From the IMG/VR virus record IMGVR_UViG_3300035696_000002: DNA of 64,000 bases; one strand, 5' to 3'. The DNA is from a virus. Taxonomy: Duplodnaviria > Heunggongvirae > Uroviricota > Caudoviricetes. The stretch's first letter is position 1, and each line of letters starts with the position of its first letter. The translations under genes and the position numbers were made by a program. Under the pieces are notes generated by a model. It worked only from the letters and a program-made list of their open reading frames with translations. It did not search any database and was not told the DNA's origin. Below, in pieces: positions 10,401 to 18,746 of the stretch.

Positions 10401-12806
10401 AGAGGTCAGGACGGTGATGAGTTGACCGTCGAGTTCTGTGTGACCGCCAAGCTGCGTGTTCATGTTAATCATCAACACAGCACCAACCGGGAACTGAGTC
10501 GTCAATGTCGGCGAGAAAGTAATCGTCAGGTTGCTACCAGCCGACTGAATCGTGCTGATGTACGCAGTGTTCGGTGAAGCATCCGGCGTCGTGACGGCGT
10601 CGATTTGAGCGGAGTTCCATGTCGGCCCGGTCGGATCAAGCAAGCCAACCTGCCAACGGATGTTCGGCAGTACGGTCGCTGTCGGCGTCCCGGAGGGGGT
10701 CAGGATATTCGTGACATTCGGGTTCGTGTAGCTGACTTCTTCAACGCAAACAGCCAGACGGCCATCGCGAAGCACAATCAGTTCGTGCAAAGAACGCCCA
10801 TTGTGGCGTGCCTGATTCGGCATGAAGCTCATGGTGCCGAGAGTCTGCCAAGTCTGCGTCCCGATGTTGTAGGAGATGACACCCACACGCGGAGCCACAG
10901 CACCCGTTACCGTCGTAAGACGCGGATCAGGCGACACTGTGCCATAAATGGCATAGAGCGTGGAGCCATCGGCACTCAGTTTCATCGCACCGTAGCACTC
11001 CCAAGTGTGAGCCGGAGTGGGGGCGTTGAAACCGACCAGTGAGATCGCACCGTTAAGCTGGGTGAAATCGTAAATCGCAAGGATGCCATCTTCCGAAAGG
11101 AAGTAAATCTGGTAACCGCCGCATTCACCAGTATCCGGCGTAGAAGCGTAATCCGCATGAGTGAACGAAGCCGTGAATTGCAGCGGTGTGGCTGTCTGCA
11201 CAGTCAAGGTCTGACCGTTCAGGAATGTGGCACTGGTCAAATTCTGGATGTAGATGTTCTGACCATTCTGGTAGTTGTTGTTGGCTGTGATAGTCACGAC
11301 GTTGCTGGTCAGCGAAACGTTCGTGATAATTCCCTGATTGACGCCGGAGACCGCCACGCCAGCGATACGTGGGCGAACAGAGGCAGACCAAGTGTCTGCA
11401 AGATCGAAGAACACCAGCGGCAACATGGAAGACTTGTTCGACCAGATTGAGCATTTCGTATCCGATACGAGACCGTAGTACTCTTCGTTGATCGTGAACG
11501 TAGCTGCCTGACGGATGCGGATGTCAGGATTGAGGCTGGCCACGGCACCGCTCGTAGACTCCGGCGACGATGAGTAGTTTGAAGCCGTCCAGTTCGCCTC
11601 GAATTGCAGGCCAGACAACCCGGTGGACAGGACAGTCAACACCTGTCCGTTGTACTCCGAGTGGTTCTGGAACCCGTTCATGATGACCTGATCCCCGGCT
11701 GCCAGTGTGTTCACGCACACGAATGTCGCGACGTTGCTGGTGACACTCGTCGCAGTAACCGTGAAGTCCTGACCACGCTGCCAGAGGTATTGGGTCTGCA
11801 CATTGACGGGCAGAACTGGTTCTTCTGTGATCCCGTCCTCTTCGTAGCGATACGGGAAGGCATTCCAACCGTTGTCGAACACCTTGGCGAGGTGCATCGT
11901 CAAACCACGACTGTTGAGCTTGCGGACACCAGTGACTTGGAAATACTCCTGTGAGTTGCTGGTGGGAGAACTTGCAGACGCTCCCTTCAATGGATCGGTT
12001 GTGTACGGCCCACCCGAGGCCGGGTTGCCGTTCATGTACGAAGTGGCGACATCATTGCCGCTGTCGATCATGGAGTTGTTGTCGTTGAATCCGGCAGCAC
12101 GCAATGATGGACGCTCTTCAAAGAAGAATTTGGTGTTGCCCGAACCAAGAGTCGAAGAGCCGACCGGGAAATTCGCACAGTACAGGTGGTGATAGACAGG
12201 CGGCATGTACGGCGTGCGGGTGAAGGCTGACGCAGAATTCGTTGCTGTCAAGCTGGCATCAGACAGCGGGTTGCTGGAATCGCGGAACTGCCGGGCAAGA
12301 CCGGAATCCGGGAAAGTCTGATTGACCAACTCAGGCCATGTGTATCCTGTGCCGTGTCCGTACAGCGGTTCATAATCCACAGCGAGGGTGTTGATGTCGA
12401 AAACGTAATCGAACTGCTCACAGCCGCCGACAAAGCTGCCGTAGTAGCCATCACGAGCCACAACCGGGTTCGTCACAGGCGGGATCGTATTGTCAGTGAA
12501 CCACACGCCACGAAGGAAGTATCCACCGTTCGGACGCCACGGGAGCGGGTTGCTCGGCCCAGTGCTCTGGTTGTACCCGTTATCCTGACCATAGGAGCCA
12601 ATGAACGTGTTATTCGAGGACTGGGTGAGGGCGGCATTCTGCCACATACCAAAGATGCGGGTGTAGCGGGCAAGCTGGCCGTTCAGGTTGTCGGGCTGCA
12701 ACGGGTATTCCGACACGTAAGCTCCGGCCTTACGAGTAGCGTCAGAGCCCGAGTTGAACATCATCTTGCCGTTGATGGTGCCGATTTGAAATACGTTAAC
12801 AGCCAT
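7479..12806 (-). CDS. 1775-aa tail fibre/baseplate receptor-binding-like protein with five internal ~70-aa repeats and a discoidin-like domain
   Basis: S/T/N/G-rich beta content; repeats of ITNVS..NV.T....N.F..GD.V...G...ATFLNG...TV....QF.A; LTIDLGAATLISGY..PVTWVLQGSN..FRWIQLSIT resembles an F5/8 discoidin. Confidence 0.75.
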   Translation of the reverse strand: MAVNVFQIGTINGKMMFNSGSDATRKAGAYVSEYPLQPDNLNGQLARYTRIFGMWQNAALTQSSNNTFIGSYGQDNGYNQSTGPSNPLPWRPNGGYFLRGVWFTDNTIPPVTNPVVARDGYYGSFVGGCEQFDYVFDINTLAVDYEPLYGHGTGYTWPELVNQTFPDSGLARQFRDSSNPLSDASLTATNSASAFTRTPYMPPVYHHLYCANFPVGSSTLGSGNTKFFFEERPSLRAAGFNDNNSMIDSGNDVATSYMNGNPASGGPYTTDPLKGASASSPTSNSQEYFQVTGVRKLNSRGLTMHLAKVFDNGWNAFPYRYEEDGITEEPVLPVNVQTQYLWQRGQDFTVTATSVTSNVATFVCVNTLAAGDQVIMNGFQNHSEYNGQVLTVLSTGLSGLQFEANWTASNYSSSPESTSGAVASLNPDIRIRQAATFTINEEYYGLVSDTKCSIWSNKSSMLPLVFFDLADTWSASVRPRIAGVAVSGVNQGIITNVSLTSNVVTITANNNYQNGQNIYIQNLTSATFLNGQTLTVQTATPLQFTASFTHADYASTPDTGECGGYQIYFLSEDGILAIYDFTQLNGAISLVGFNAPTPAHTWECYGAMKLSADGSTLYAIYGTVSPDPRLTTVTGAVAPRVGVISYNIGTQTWQTLGTMSFMPNQARHNGRSLHELIVLRDGRLAVCVEEVSYTNPNVTNILTPSGTPTATVLPNIRWQVGLLDPTGPTWNSAQIDAVTTPDASPNTAYISTIQSAGSNLTITFSPTLTTQFPVGAVLMINMNTQLGGHTELDGQLITVLTSSTSQITATIPSYNSTYGPVSQSGTLTQGIQYGTNTGQTGFNNLKDFWFYMPNAFMHDVATNKLLIQGNWTAGNLWVLDISGTTLGTSNANLTPVPASTLWSYGGGSGWTGSDTFVTNSSNPAYEPVSITHAKDFATNADRTMFYVHKTYTLFGDSPLYQAAPGYTWGAPNTLQLMHLNSMAGVTINSFGKDCWTEGDLGSRFIGNDAAQNWTYPVMTLDNYMHFIRITSGLTSPPQNLPNGNSLYGLCAQSFAWLPTYHKWVGNSASITSIQIAGNVLTVQATNTFSAGDHVTFSGVSNATFLNGMTVTVLSAGLSGAQFAAKLTYPNYGPTANSGTAEVMWKMADNFADAFNNPISIPSANTNVPLPYGLQVQFGPNSSDTWTSQGSKATITNVSISGNTLTVLTTTNNFNPGDKVTLSGLTTATFLNGLTVTLASASTNQFTATVAYYNGGYGPAADTGTANDISIGNSEFFTFNLCWGNTKFARKSRFAWSMFAGQTFLQTDARTVAEQNAVGLYFVDTDQSNVAFTAPTSINPTPQTAPLTTPLTGWNTQVTWPKLDTGNYPYDATALQMVITANNFDPTTNVYTPYTASSPNITSSGDQAGFPNWQAFAGSAQRFWKSNAGNTGSLTIDLGAATLISGYSFRLFYDSSNTVSGAPVTWVLQGSNTSASGPFTTIDSQTGFSAFKRGVAFTASTPGSFRWIQLSITQASGGNTPSLGMLQFYSGSRQSTFNFSDLCFMNFGSQVGGQSSDAPYYLINANMSRGYKFEVSTNGGISYTQITPLWRAHMGYAYTFARQVGITNLRITVQQGYNYSTTPFNAGGGTVFSTAAFGPVYLFDYGSQTTINNARLGSSTAPVATPAAGSFDPQCIGMSVDAMSLSLDGGSTMAFSPSYPTGPVSPFTQTFNTNQYWAVLGWWSMEPVPAPASGVSFFKAHPFYGFLLFQGAGPSGALSTQSGTNLSIEYHWGRRV

Positions 12807-13483
12807 TAGCTTGCCCCCACAATGGACAGGAAGTAGGAAACCTGAAGAATGTCCGGGGTTCCTGCTCCACCATTACGTCCGTGAATGAAAACTGATGTCG
12901 GCAGAACAACAAGTGTCTGCGGAACAAAGATTGTTGGTTGCATGTTCGTGGTCGATCCAGCACCGTACTGCTGGTCAACAATGTCGTTCTCCCATGCAGT
13001 AAGTCCGAGAGCCTTCAACTGCAAACCAAGTCCGGGCAGCCCGCCGCTGGTGCCCCACTGGTAGAACAAACGCCAACGTCCGGCAATACCTGTCGGGTAC
13101 GAAAGCACCGTCGTGTTATCCGGGGCCAAAAATGTCGTCGATGTAGCCAGCTTCCAGTTCGGCTCTGCGGAGGTATCCACGGAATTGTTCACAGAGGTGC
13201 AGTAAGGTGCCCACGGATTCTGTCGGTCAAAAACGCTGCCCTGTGCGGCCCACATTCCGCTAGTCCAGTTTGTCAGCCCGATTGGATCATCGGGCAGAAG
13301 GAAGCAGTATGGTGTGCTTCCGGTGGAAGGCGGGATATAACCGTGCTCATAAATGCGTCCACCAACTTCACCACCAACAACGAAGTCATCCGAAATGGCG
13401 TTCGGGTCTTTCCACTCGTAGACGACTTTTCCGGTTTCCCCGGAGATCACCTTCAATTCGACTTCGTTTTCAAACTTGTACAT
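12806..13483 (-). CDS. hypothetical tail-associated protein
   Basis: GGAG RBS; TAATG coupling to the next gene. Confidence 0.65.
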   Translation of the reverse strand: MYKFENEVELKVISGETGKVVYEWKDPNAISDDFVVGGEVGGRIYEHGYIPPSTGSTPYCFLLPDDPIGLTNWTSGMWAAQGSVFDRQNPWAPYCTSVNNSVDTSAEPNWKLATSTTFLAPDNTTVLSYPTGIAGRWRLFYQWGTSGGLPGLGLQLKALGLTAWENDIVDQQYGAGSTTNMQPTIFVPQTLVVLPTSVFIHGRNGGAGTPDILQVSYFLSIVGAS

Positions 13484-13491
13484 GCGTCTCC

Positions 13492-14745
13492 TTACTCCAA
13501 CTGGGCCGTCGCAGACATGCTGCCATAATAGTTACTCGGCCCGGCACCGAACGGAATGTTGATCGGGACTTCTGATACGGCTTCCGCAATAAATTCCTGC
13601 CGCGACTCGACCGTACCGTAAGCCATTGTGCCGATAGGGTGATCGCCGAATCGTCCTATAGTAGAGACGGGAAAACCGATTGTGTCAGATGGCGATTCAA
13701 CCACGAATTCCTGCCGGGGATCGAGGTTGACAAAGGCCATGTCACTCTCAAACTTAAGTGTAAGTGGTTCATTTACTTGGAACTGATAGCTCGGGTGCTC
13801 CACGGTCGAATCCACCGTGACCACGTAGAAGCCGGGGATGCCCTCGGCATGCAAGACCGGGTTGAACGGGGCACTGGGGCTGTACAGGTCGCCCCACGTC
13901 GCCGTGTACTGATACCGGAACGGTGAGGTCGCCAAAGCACTGTCCGTGTACGAGAACGTTGTCGGCACCCAATCCTGAAGCAGAATCCATGGCAGCGTCC
14001 CAATCGCCCGGCGATACAGCCGGAAATAAGCCGTGTAGTTGGGATTCAGAAGGAACGGCACCCAGCTTGGGTCTAACGAGATGGTGACCGAGTACGTGTT
14101 CGTCGTTGCGTCGATGAACAACAGGCCGCGATCAATCAGCGGCGGGTTGAAGTAGTCGTTCACCGATCCATCTGTGTTGCCGCCCTTCAGGTTGAGCGTG
14201 ATGGCATCTGCCATGAACGAGAACTGGGTCGTAAATGACGCCACATGGCCACGATCAACCCAAACGATCTGAGTGTTGCCTGTGCCATCCGTCGTCGTAC
14301 CGCCGCTATCATTCCACGTCGGCATAATCGAGCCGGAGACGCCGCCGTTACCGCCCGGTGCTCCTGTGCCGCCAGCCTGCTGGAGGTGATGAGCCGGATC
14401 AACGATCTGCGATCCTGTCGGATAAAATGTGGTTGGCTGCCACTGATTGCTCGTGTTCGGCCCACCCGAGGATGCGTTGCCAATCGGGTTGACAACGGTC
14501 GGAGGCCACGTGCTGATGTCAACGATGCGGCACGTGAGGTGCGACAGGAAATCAAACGTCAGAATGAACTGGTTCGGCGGATTGTACTGTTGAATGGACG
14601 GACGAGAGCCCGGCCCGACGAAGTACCACACGCCATCGTCAGTCTCCGAAGGAATACCCGGAGTGTGATCGTCGATGGCTTGCGACAATCGAGTGATGTA
14701 AATCTGCCCGTTGATTTCTTTTGACGCACAAAGGTACTGTGACAT
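13492..14745 (-). CDS. tail-associated protein with a carbohydrate-binding-like insert
   Basis: WQPTTFYPTGSQIVDP..GVSGSIMPTW..TTTDG..IVW is a short Trp-containing module common in phage fibres. Confidence 0.6.
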   Translation of the reverse strand: MSQYLCASKEINGQIYITRLSQAIDDHTPGIPSETDDGVWYFVGPGSRPSIQQYNPPNQFILTFDFLSHLTCRIVDISTWPPTVVNPIGNASSGGPNTSNQWQPTTFYPTGSQIVDPAHHLQQAGGTGAPGGNGGVSGSIMPTWNDSGGTTTDGTGNTQIVWVDRGHVASFTTQFSFMADAITLNLKGGNTDGSVNDYFNPPLIDRGLLFIDATTNTYSVTISLDPSWVPFLLNPNYTAYFRLYRRAIGTLPWILLQDWVPTTFSYTDSALATSPFRYQYTATWGDLYSPSAPFNPVLHAEGIPGFYVVTVDSTVEHPSYQFQVNEPLTLKFESDMAFVNLDPRQEFVVESPSDTIGFPVSTIGRFGDHPIGTMAYGTVESRQEFIAEAVSEVPINIPFGAGPSNYYGSMSATAQLE

Positions 14746-14748
14746 AGT

Positions 14749-15090
14749 TTATCCTGCGTCCATGTCCGGCTCGGTACCAACCTGAATACCGAAGATCGGC
14801 GGGTTCGCGTTGAACTGGAAGGGCGGATCAGGCATGTGATGCGTGACCTGAATCAAACCCTGCAAATCAAATTGAGTAGTCATGAAGACGAGGTACCGAT
14901 TGTTATTCGCATCGAATGACCACGTCTGCACGATCAGTCTTGCCCCGTTGCAGTAGAACTGCAAATCCCTGCTCGGATCAAAATTTCCAAGAGGCCCGTC
15001 CTGCGTGAATGGGCCTTGCAGCGATCCAAGTTGAATCTGGATGCGGTTCGGGTACGGCCCGTTCGTGATAGCTGTGATCGGCAGCGGCAT
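14749..15090 (-). CDS. hypothetical structural protein
   Basis: Abuts the upstream gene; GAGGA RBS. Confidence 0.6.
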   Translation of the reverse strand: MPLPITAITNGPYPNRIQIQLGSLQGPFTQDGPLGNFDPSRDLQFYCNGARLIVQTWSFDANNNRYLVFMTTQFDLQGLIQVTHHMPDPPFQFNANPPIFGIQVGTEPDMDAG

Positions 15091-16032
15091 TTATTCCTCT
15101 TCCCTCGGCTTATACGGCAGGCCTGTGTGCAAGTGCGGTTCACCCTTCTCATGAGCCTCTTCGATTTTCGCTTGTTCGTCGTTCGTAAGCTCCTCAATCG
15201 CCTCTTCCTCACGCGGCTTACGCGGGGCTGGCCGGGCCGGAGCCGGGGCTGGAGCGGGCTTTGCTTCCGGCGTCACGATAGACGGCGGCTCAGCATTGCG
15301 GCCAACGACAGCGGGCTCGGGTTCTCCATGTTCGCCCTGTTCAAGCTCCTGCTGATGGACTAACTTTTCTTCCTCTTTCTTCCGCAAAGCGTCCAACAGT
15401 TTTTCCTGAACCTTTTGATCCTTGACTTTACGAATCTTCTCGATTTCCTGTTTCTTCCGCAAACGTTCCTGATCCTTCAACAGCCGCTCTGGCGTCTTGT
15501 CCTTCTCGTCCTTCTTTCTCGCCATTTCCCGTTCGCGAAGAATCTTCACGATGTTGTGCTGCACCGAGGGGAGGATTCGCTCGAACACCGCATGAATGTG
15601 TTTGCAAATCACGAAATTCCCACGGAGATCAAGACGCTCAGTTGGAGCCCGCAGTTCGGGCCGGGGCGTGTCAAGCAAGCCGTCACGCTGATGCAGGTTC
15701 CACTGGGCTCCCCAGTACAGGAACGCCGGACACGAGCAGCTAACCTGCACGTCAAGGTCTTTCGCCTGCTTCGTCTCATCCAGCTTCGCGAGATCGAATT
15801 TCACACGCACATCGTGCCCAGCAGGATCGGAATCTTCCTTGTGGCACTTGACGTTGTAGTGGAGGAAAAGCTCTTTGGGACTTGAATCCTGAAGAGTCGG
15901 GGTGCAGCCGGGGCGGTATTTCTTCGAGAAGGCGTTAGTCTGCCTCACCAAGTCCGGCAGCGAAATCGCGGTCTTAGTGGATGGAAAATCCGCCAAGTAC
16001 AGTGGAATTGTAATGAAGACACGCTCGCCCAT
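15091..16032 (-). CDS. SWIM zinc-finger protein with a charged C-terminal tail
   Basis: VSCSCPAF...ICKHIHAV SWIM signature; N-terminal STKTA motif; late motif upstream. Confidence 0.75.
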   Translation of the reverse strand: MGERVFITIPLYLADFPSTKTAISLPDLVRQTNAFSKKYRPGCTPTLQDSSPKELFLHYNVKCHKEDSDPAGHDVRVKFDLAKLDETKQAKDLDVQVSCSCPAFLYWGAQWNLHQRDGLLDTPRPELRAPTERLDLRGNFVICKHIHAVFERILPSVQHNIVKILREREMARKKDEKDKTPERLLKDQERLRKKQEIEKIRKVKDQKVQEKLLDALRKKEEEKLVHQQELEQGEHGEPEPAVVGRNAEPPSIVTPEAKPAPAPAPARPAPRKPREEEAIEELTNDEQAKIEEAHEKGEPHLHTGLPYKPREEE

Positions 16033-16066
16033 GGACGCAAAAAGCCCTCACTGTAGATTTGGGTAG

Positions 16067-16402
16067 TCAGTAGCCTAGCGGGGAGTCGTTGCCTTCACCG
16101 TAAAACACTATGCGAATGGCACTTAGATCGCCGAGGACGTACCCGAGAGACATCAGGTTACGGATCACCCGGACTTTGACGAACTTTCGGAACTCGGACA
16201 CCGTCATATTGTCTTTGAGGTTGTTGCAGTACAGGCAGGCCGGAAGGAGGTTGTCGGCGAAGTTCAGCCCGCCCCGGCTCCGGGGCTTGGCGTGATCGAC
16301 TGTCATGGCCTCAGGATCGGGCACGAAGCCACAATACCAGCAGCGGCCTCCGCATTTCTTTGCAGCGGCCCACCAAGTTGTTTTCCGGGGCGATCTCGGC
16401 AC
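16067..16402 (-). CDS. HNH endonuclease
   Basis: CWYCG..TVDHAKPRSRGGLN..DNLLPACLYCNNLK. Confidence 0.85.
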   Translation of the reverse strand: MPRSPRKTTWWAAAKKCGGRCWYCGFVPDPEAMTVDHAKPRSRGGLNFADNLLPACLYCNNLKDNMTVSEFRKFVKVRVIRNLMSLGYVLGDLSAIRIVFYGEGNDSPLGY

Positions 16403-16845
16403 TAGACAGTTTCATCTTCGATGGCGAGGGCCTTGCGTAGTTGCTCCGGCATTTCGTCCACCGACACTTCCTTAGGTTGAGCCTTACCACGCTTGACGGC
16501 TGGGGTGTACTCCTCAGCGGTGTACCCAGATTTCTTGGGCTCTTCCTTCTTGGGAGCAGGCTTAGGAGCTATTTTAACAGGTTCCGGGGCTTTGACCACT
16601 TCTTTCACAGGCTCGACCTTGGCCGGGGCCGGAGGAGCATCATGAAGCTCCGCGATGAAGTCGTTCATCAGCATTGCTTTGATGCCTAGTACTGTTTGTG
16701 ACAGAGTCTTGACAATTGCACCGCCCCGGTACACAGTCAAGCTGTTGTGGTTTTGGGTGTCGTGTTTCAAAATGTCCCCGACCTTCACGAAGAAGTTGAA
16801 GTCGGCAAAGTTGACGGGGCGTTTTACGACGTATGACTTTTGCAC
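16402..16845 (-). CDS. hypothetical protein
   Basis: GTG start with GGAGG RBS; Lys/Pro-rich C-terminus. Confidence 0.65.
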   Translation of the reverse strand: MQKSYVVKRPVNFADFNFFVKVGDILKHDTQNHNSLTVYRGGAIVKTLSQTVLGIKAMLMNDFIAELHDAPPAPAKVEPVKEVVKAPEPVKIAPKPAPKKEEPKKSGYTAEEYTPAVKRGKAQPKEVSVDEMPEQLRKALAIEDETV

Positions 16846-16914
16846 AGGCAGAGTCCTCCAGTAATCTAATACCGCAAAATGACGCTACCTATGGGTTTGA
16901 AAACGGTGGGATTG

Positions 16915-16947
16915 AAAAAAGAAAAGGGCCATACCGAAGTATGGCCC
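16915..16947 (-). terminator. intrinsic terminator after the major capsid gene
   Basis: GGGCCATAC-TTCG-GTATGGCCC followed by a U-tract. Confidence 0.85.
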
Positions 16948-16976
16948 AGATTTGTTGTCCGACGACAACGAGAAGG

Positions 16977-17936
16977 TTAGTTCTCGCCGTAGTTGGCGGC
17001 AGCGTTGAAGCGACCGTTGACCGTGAGACGCTGAACACCTGACGGGTTGAAGATCAGGAAGCCCAGAATTTCGAAGATGCTGAAACCGATCTGACGGAGG
17101 TCAGGACGGTCGGCAGACATGACGGTGAGCGGCACACGTTCCGGGATAACACCGAGGAATTCGGCGTCCGCCAGAATGTAGATCGAGCCGTAGCCGACCT
17201 TACGAGACTGGAGGAGCGTCGCACCCCACAAGTACCCCATCACGCCCGTTTTCAACAGCTTACGCTGGGTTTCGCGGTCGATGTTCTGCTGAGTCCACTT
17301 CAGCAAATCCGTGTAATCACGGGGATTGAAGAAGACGAACGCGACAGACAAGTCGTGACGCTGAACCTGCCCAAAGCCATCGGCCATCGAGTTGATGTCG
17401 ATAGGAGCATTGATCGGAATGTCCGGGTTGTAGACCGGATCGTTGGAGGCGTGCGTTGCAGCCGAGGATGCAACCGCGTCGAACAGGGAGAAGACGTATC
17501 CGTCCTCAGCCGCACCGACTTCGGCTTTCGCCAAATTCAGTGAACGAGCAACGAGGTCGAAACGACGTTCCTTGATCTGCGTGATCGGAATCATCGGGTT
17601 GGACACGATTTCGAAAGTCGGAACCGTGACACGCTTTGGTTTGGTGACGCGGACGATGTCGCCGCCTTCTTCACCCACGACGAAGGCTTCCACGAAGGAC
17701 GAGCCGGGGGTCGAGCCCACGGTCATTGCCGACGTGTCAAATTCCTTATCGTAGATGGGCAGGGCACCATCAGGTAGGGTTTCGACCATCAATGCCTTGC
17801 GGGCAATCGACATATAGTCGCGGCGACGACGGAGCGAAGGCCCCAACGAAGCGGCGAGCTTCTGACGACCACCAGCGGTCTTGAGCAACTGCCCAAGCAT
17901 CGCGGTCTGCTGTTGTGTACGTGAAAGGTTTGCCAT
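16977..17936 (-). CDS. major capsid protein (HK97-like fold)
   Basis: Start reassigned to ATG 17936 (AGGAG RBS); LMVETLPDGALPIYDKE..RVTVPTFEIVSNPMIPITQIKERRFDLV..GYLWGA; follows protease, scaffold and decoration genes; strong terminator. Confidence 0.85.
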   Translation of the reverse strand: MANLSRTQQQTAMLGQLLKTAGGRQKLAASLGPSLRRRRDYMSIARKALMVETLPDGALPIYDKEFDTSAMTVGSTPGSSFVEAFVVGEEGGDIVRVTKPKRVTVPTFEIVSNPMIPITQIKERRFDLVARSLNLAKAEVGAAEDGYVFSLFDAVASSAATHASNDPVYNPDIPINAPIDINSMADGFGQVQRHDLSVAFVFFNPRDYTDLLKWTQQNIDRETQRKLLKTGVMGYLWGATLLQSRKVGYGSIYILADAEFLGVIPERVPLTVMSADRPDLRQIGFSIFEILGFLIFNPSGVQRLTVNGRFNAAANYGEN

Positions 17937-17965
17937 GGTAATGGTTTCTCCTGTTTCCTGTTTCC

Positions 17966-18529
17966 TTAGATCAAGCTCGCCACACCAAGCCAAGGCTCGG
18001 TGACGGACGGCACGTGGGTGCAGATGCCAATCGCAGTGGTCGAAGCCGTGTGCGTGGAGTCTGTGTAAAGCCCAACGTTGGTGTGTGCGTTGCCTCCGCA
18101 GTAGACGTACTGTCCTACCTTGAAAGCACCTGCGGCATCATAGCCCTGAAAGTCCACGTTGCCTTGGAACATGGCACGAACCGTGGGAGCCTTGCGGGAG
18201 CCAGAAGGCCCAATGGAGCCGGAGAATTCGCCGGGGCCATTGAGAAGAACTGCGAACGGAATGTTGCCTTCGTTTGCACCGTACTTCACCGCACTTGTGT
18301 CGCAAGGGACGATGTTGCCGATGGTGCCGAAAGCGGGTTCGTTGGCCGACTGGAACGCAAACGGAGCAGTCAGAGTTGCGGCACTGTCGATGAGACCGAC
18401 AATGACACCACCAAGATAGCCCGCCGACGTAAGAGTCTGCTGGTCGGTACCCGGATCACCCGTTAGGAAAACAGCAGGCGTTGCGTTAACGCTGTCGTTT
18501 TGCCCGTAATATGTCAGCTTCAAAGACAT
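17966..18529 (-). CDS. putative capsid decoration/cement protein
   Basis: Start reassigned to ATG 18529 (GGAGG RBS); beta-rich, directly upstream of the capsid gene. Confidence 0.6.
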   Translation of the reverse strand: MSLKLTYYGQNDSVNATPAVFLTGDPGTDQQTLTSAGYLGGVIVGLIDSAATLTAPFAFQSANEPAFGTIGNIVPCDTSAVKYGANEGNIPFAVLLNGPGEFSGSIGPSGSRKAPTVRAMFQGNVDFQGYDAAGAFKVGQYVYCGGNAHTNVGLYTDSTHTASTTAIGICTHVPSVTEPWLGVASLI

Positions 18530-18685
18530 AGTTATTCCTCCAGTGGAATGGTGTTCGGTTTTGTTAAAGTTTGAAACGATTTGCACTAATCCCAATCCAG
18601 CCTTTTTGGGGGGCGAGGACTATAGGAAAAGCACGTTCATAAGTGCACTGCGTAGCGAAGAAACTTTTTCACTGACATTTTGCCC

Positions 18686-18716
18686 AAAACTAAACCCCCG
18701 ACCGAAGCCGGGGGTT
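18686..18716 (-). terminator. intrinsic terminator after the scaffold gene
   Basis: AACCCCCGG-CTTCGG-TCGGGGGTT followed by TAGTTTT. Confidence 0.7.
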
Positions 18717-18746
18717 GTGATCCAGAAGATGTAGCCTTCCGGGTGA

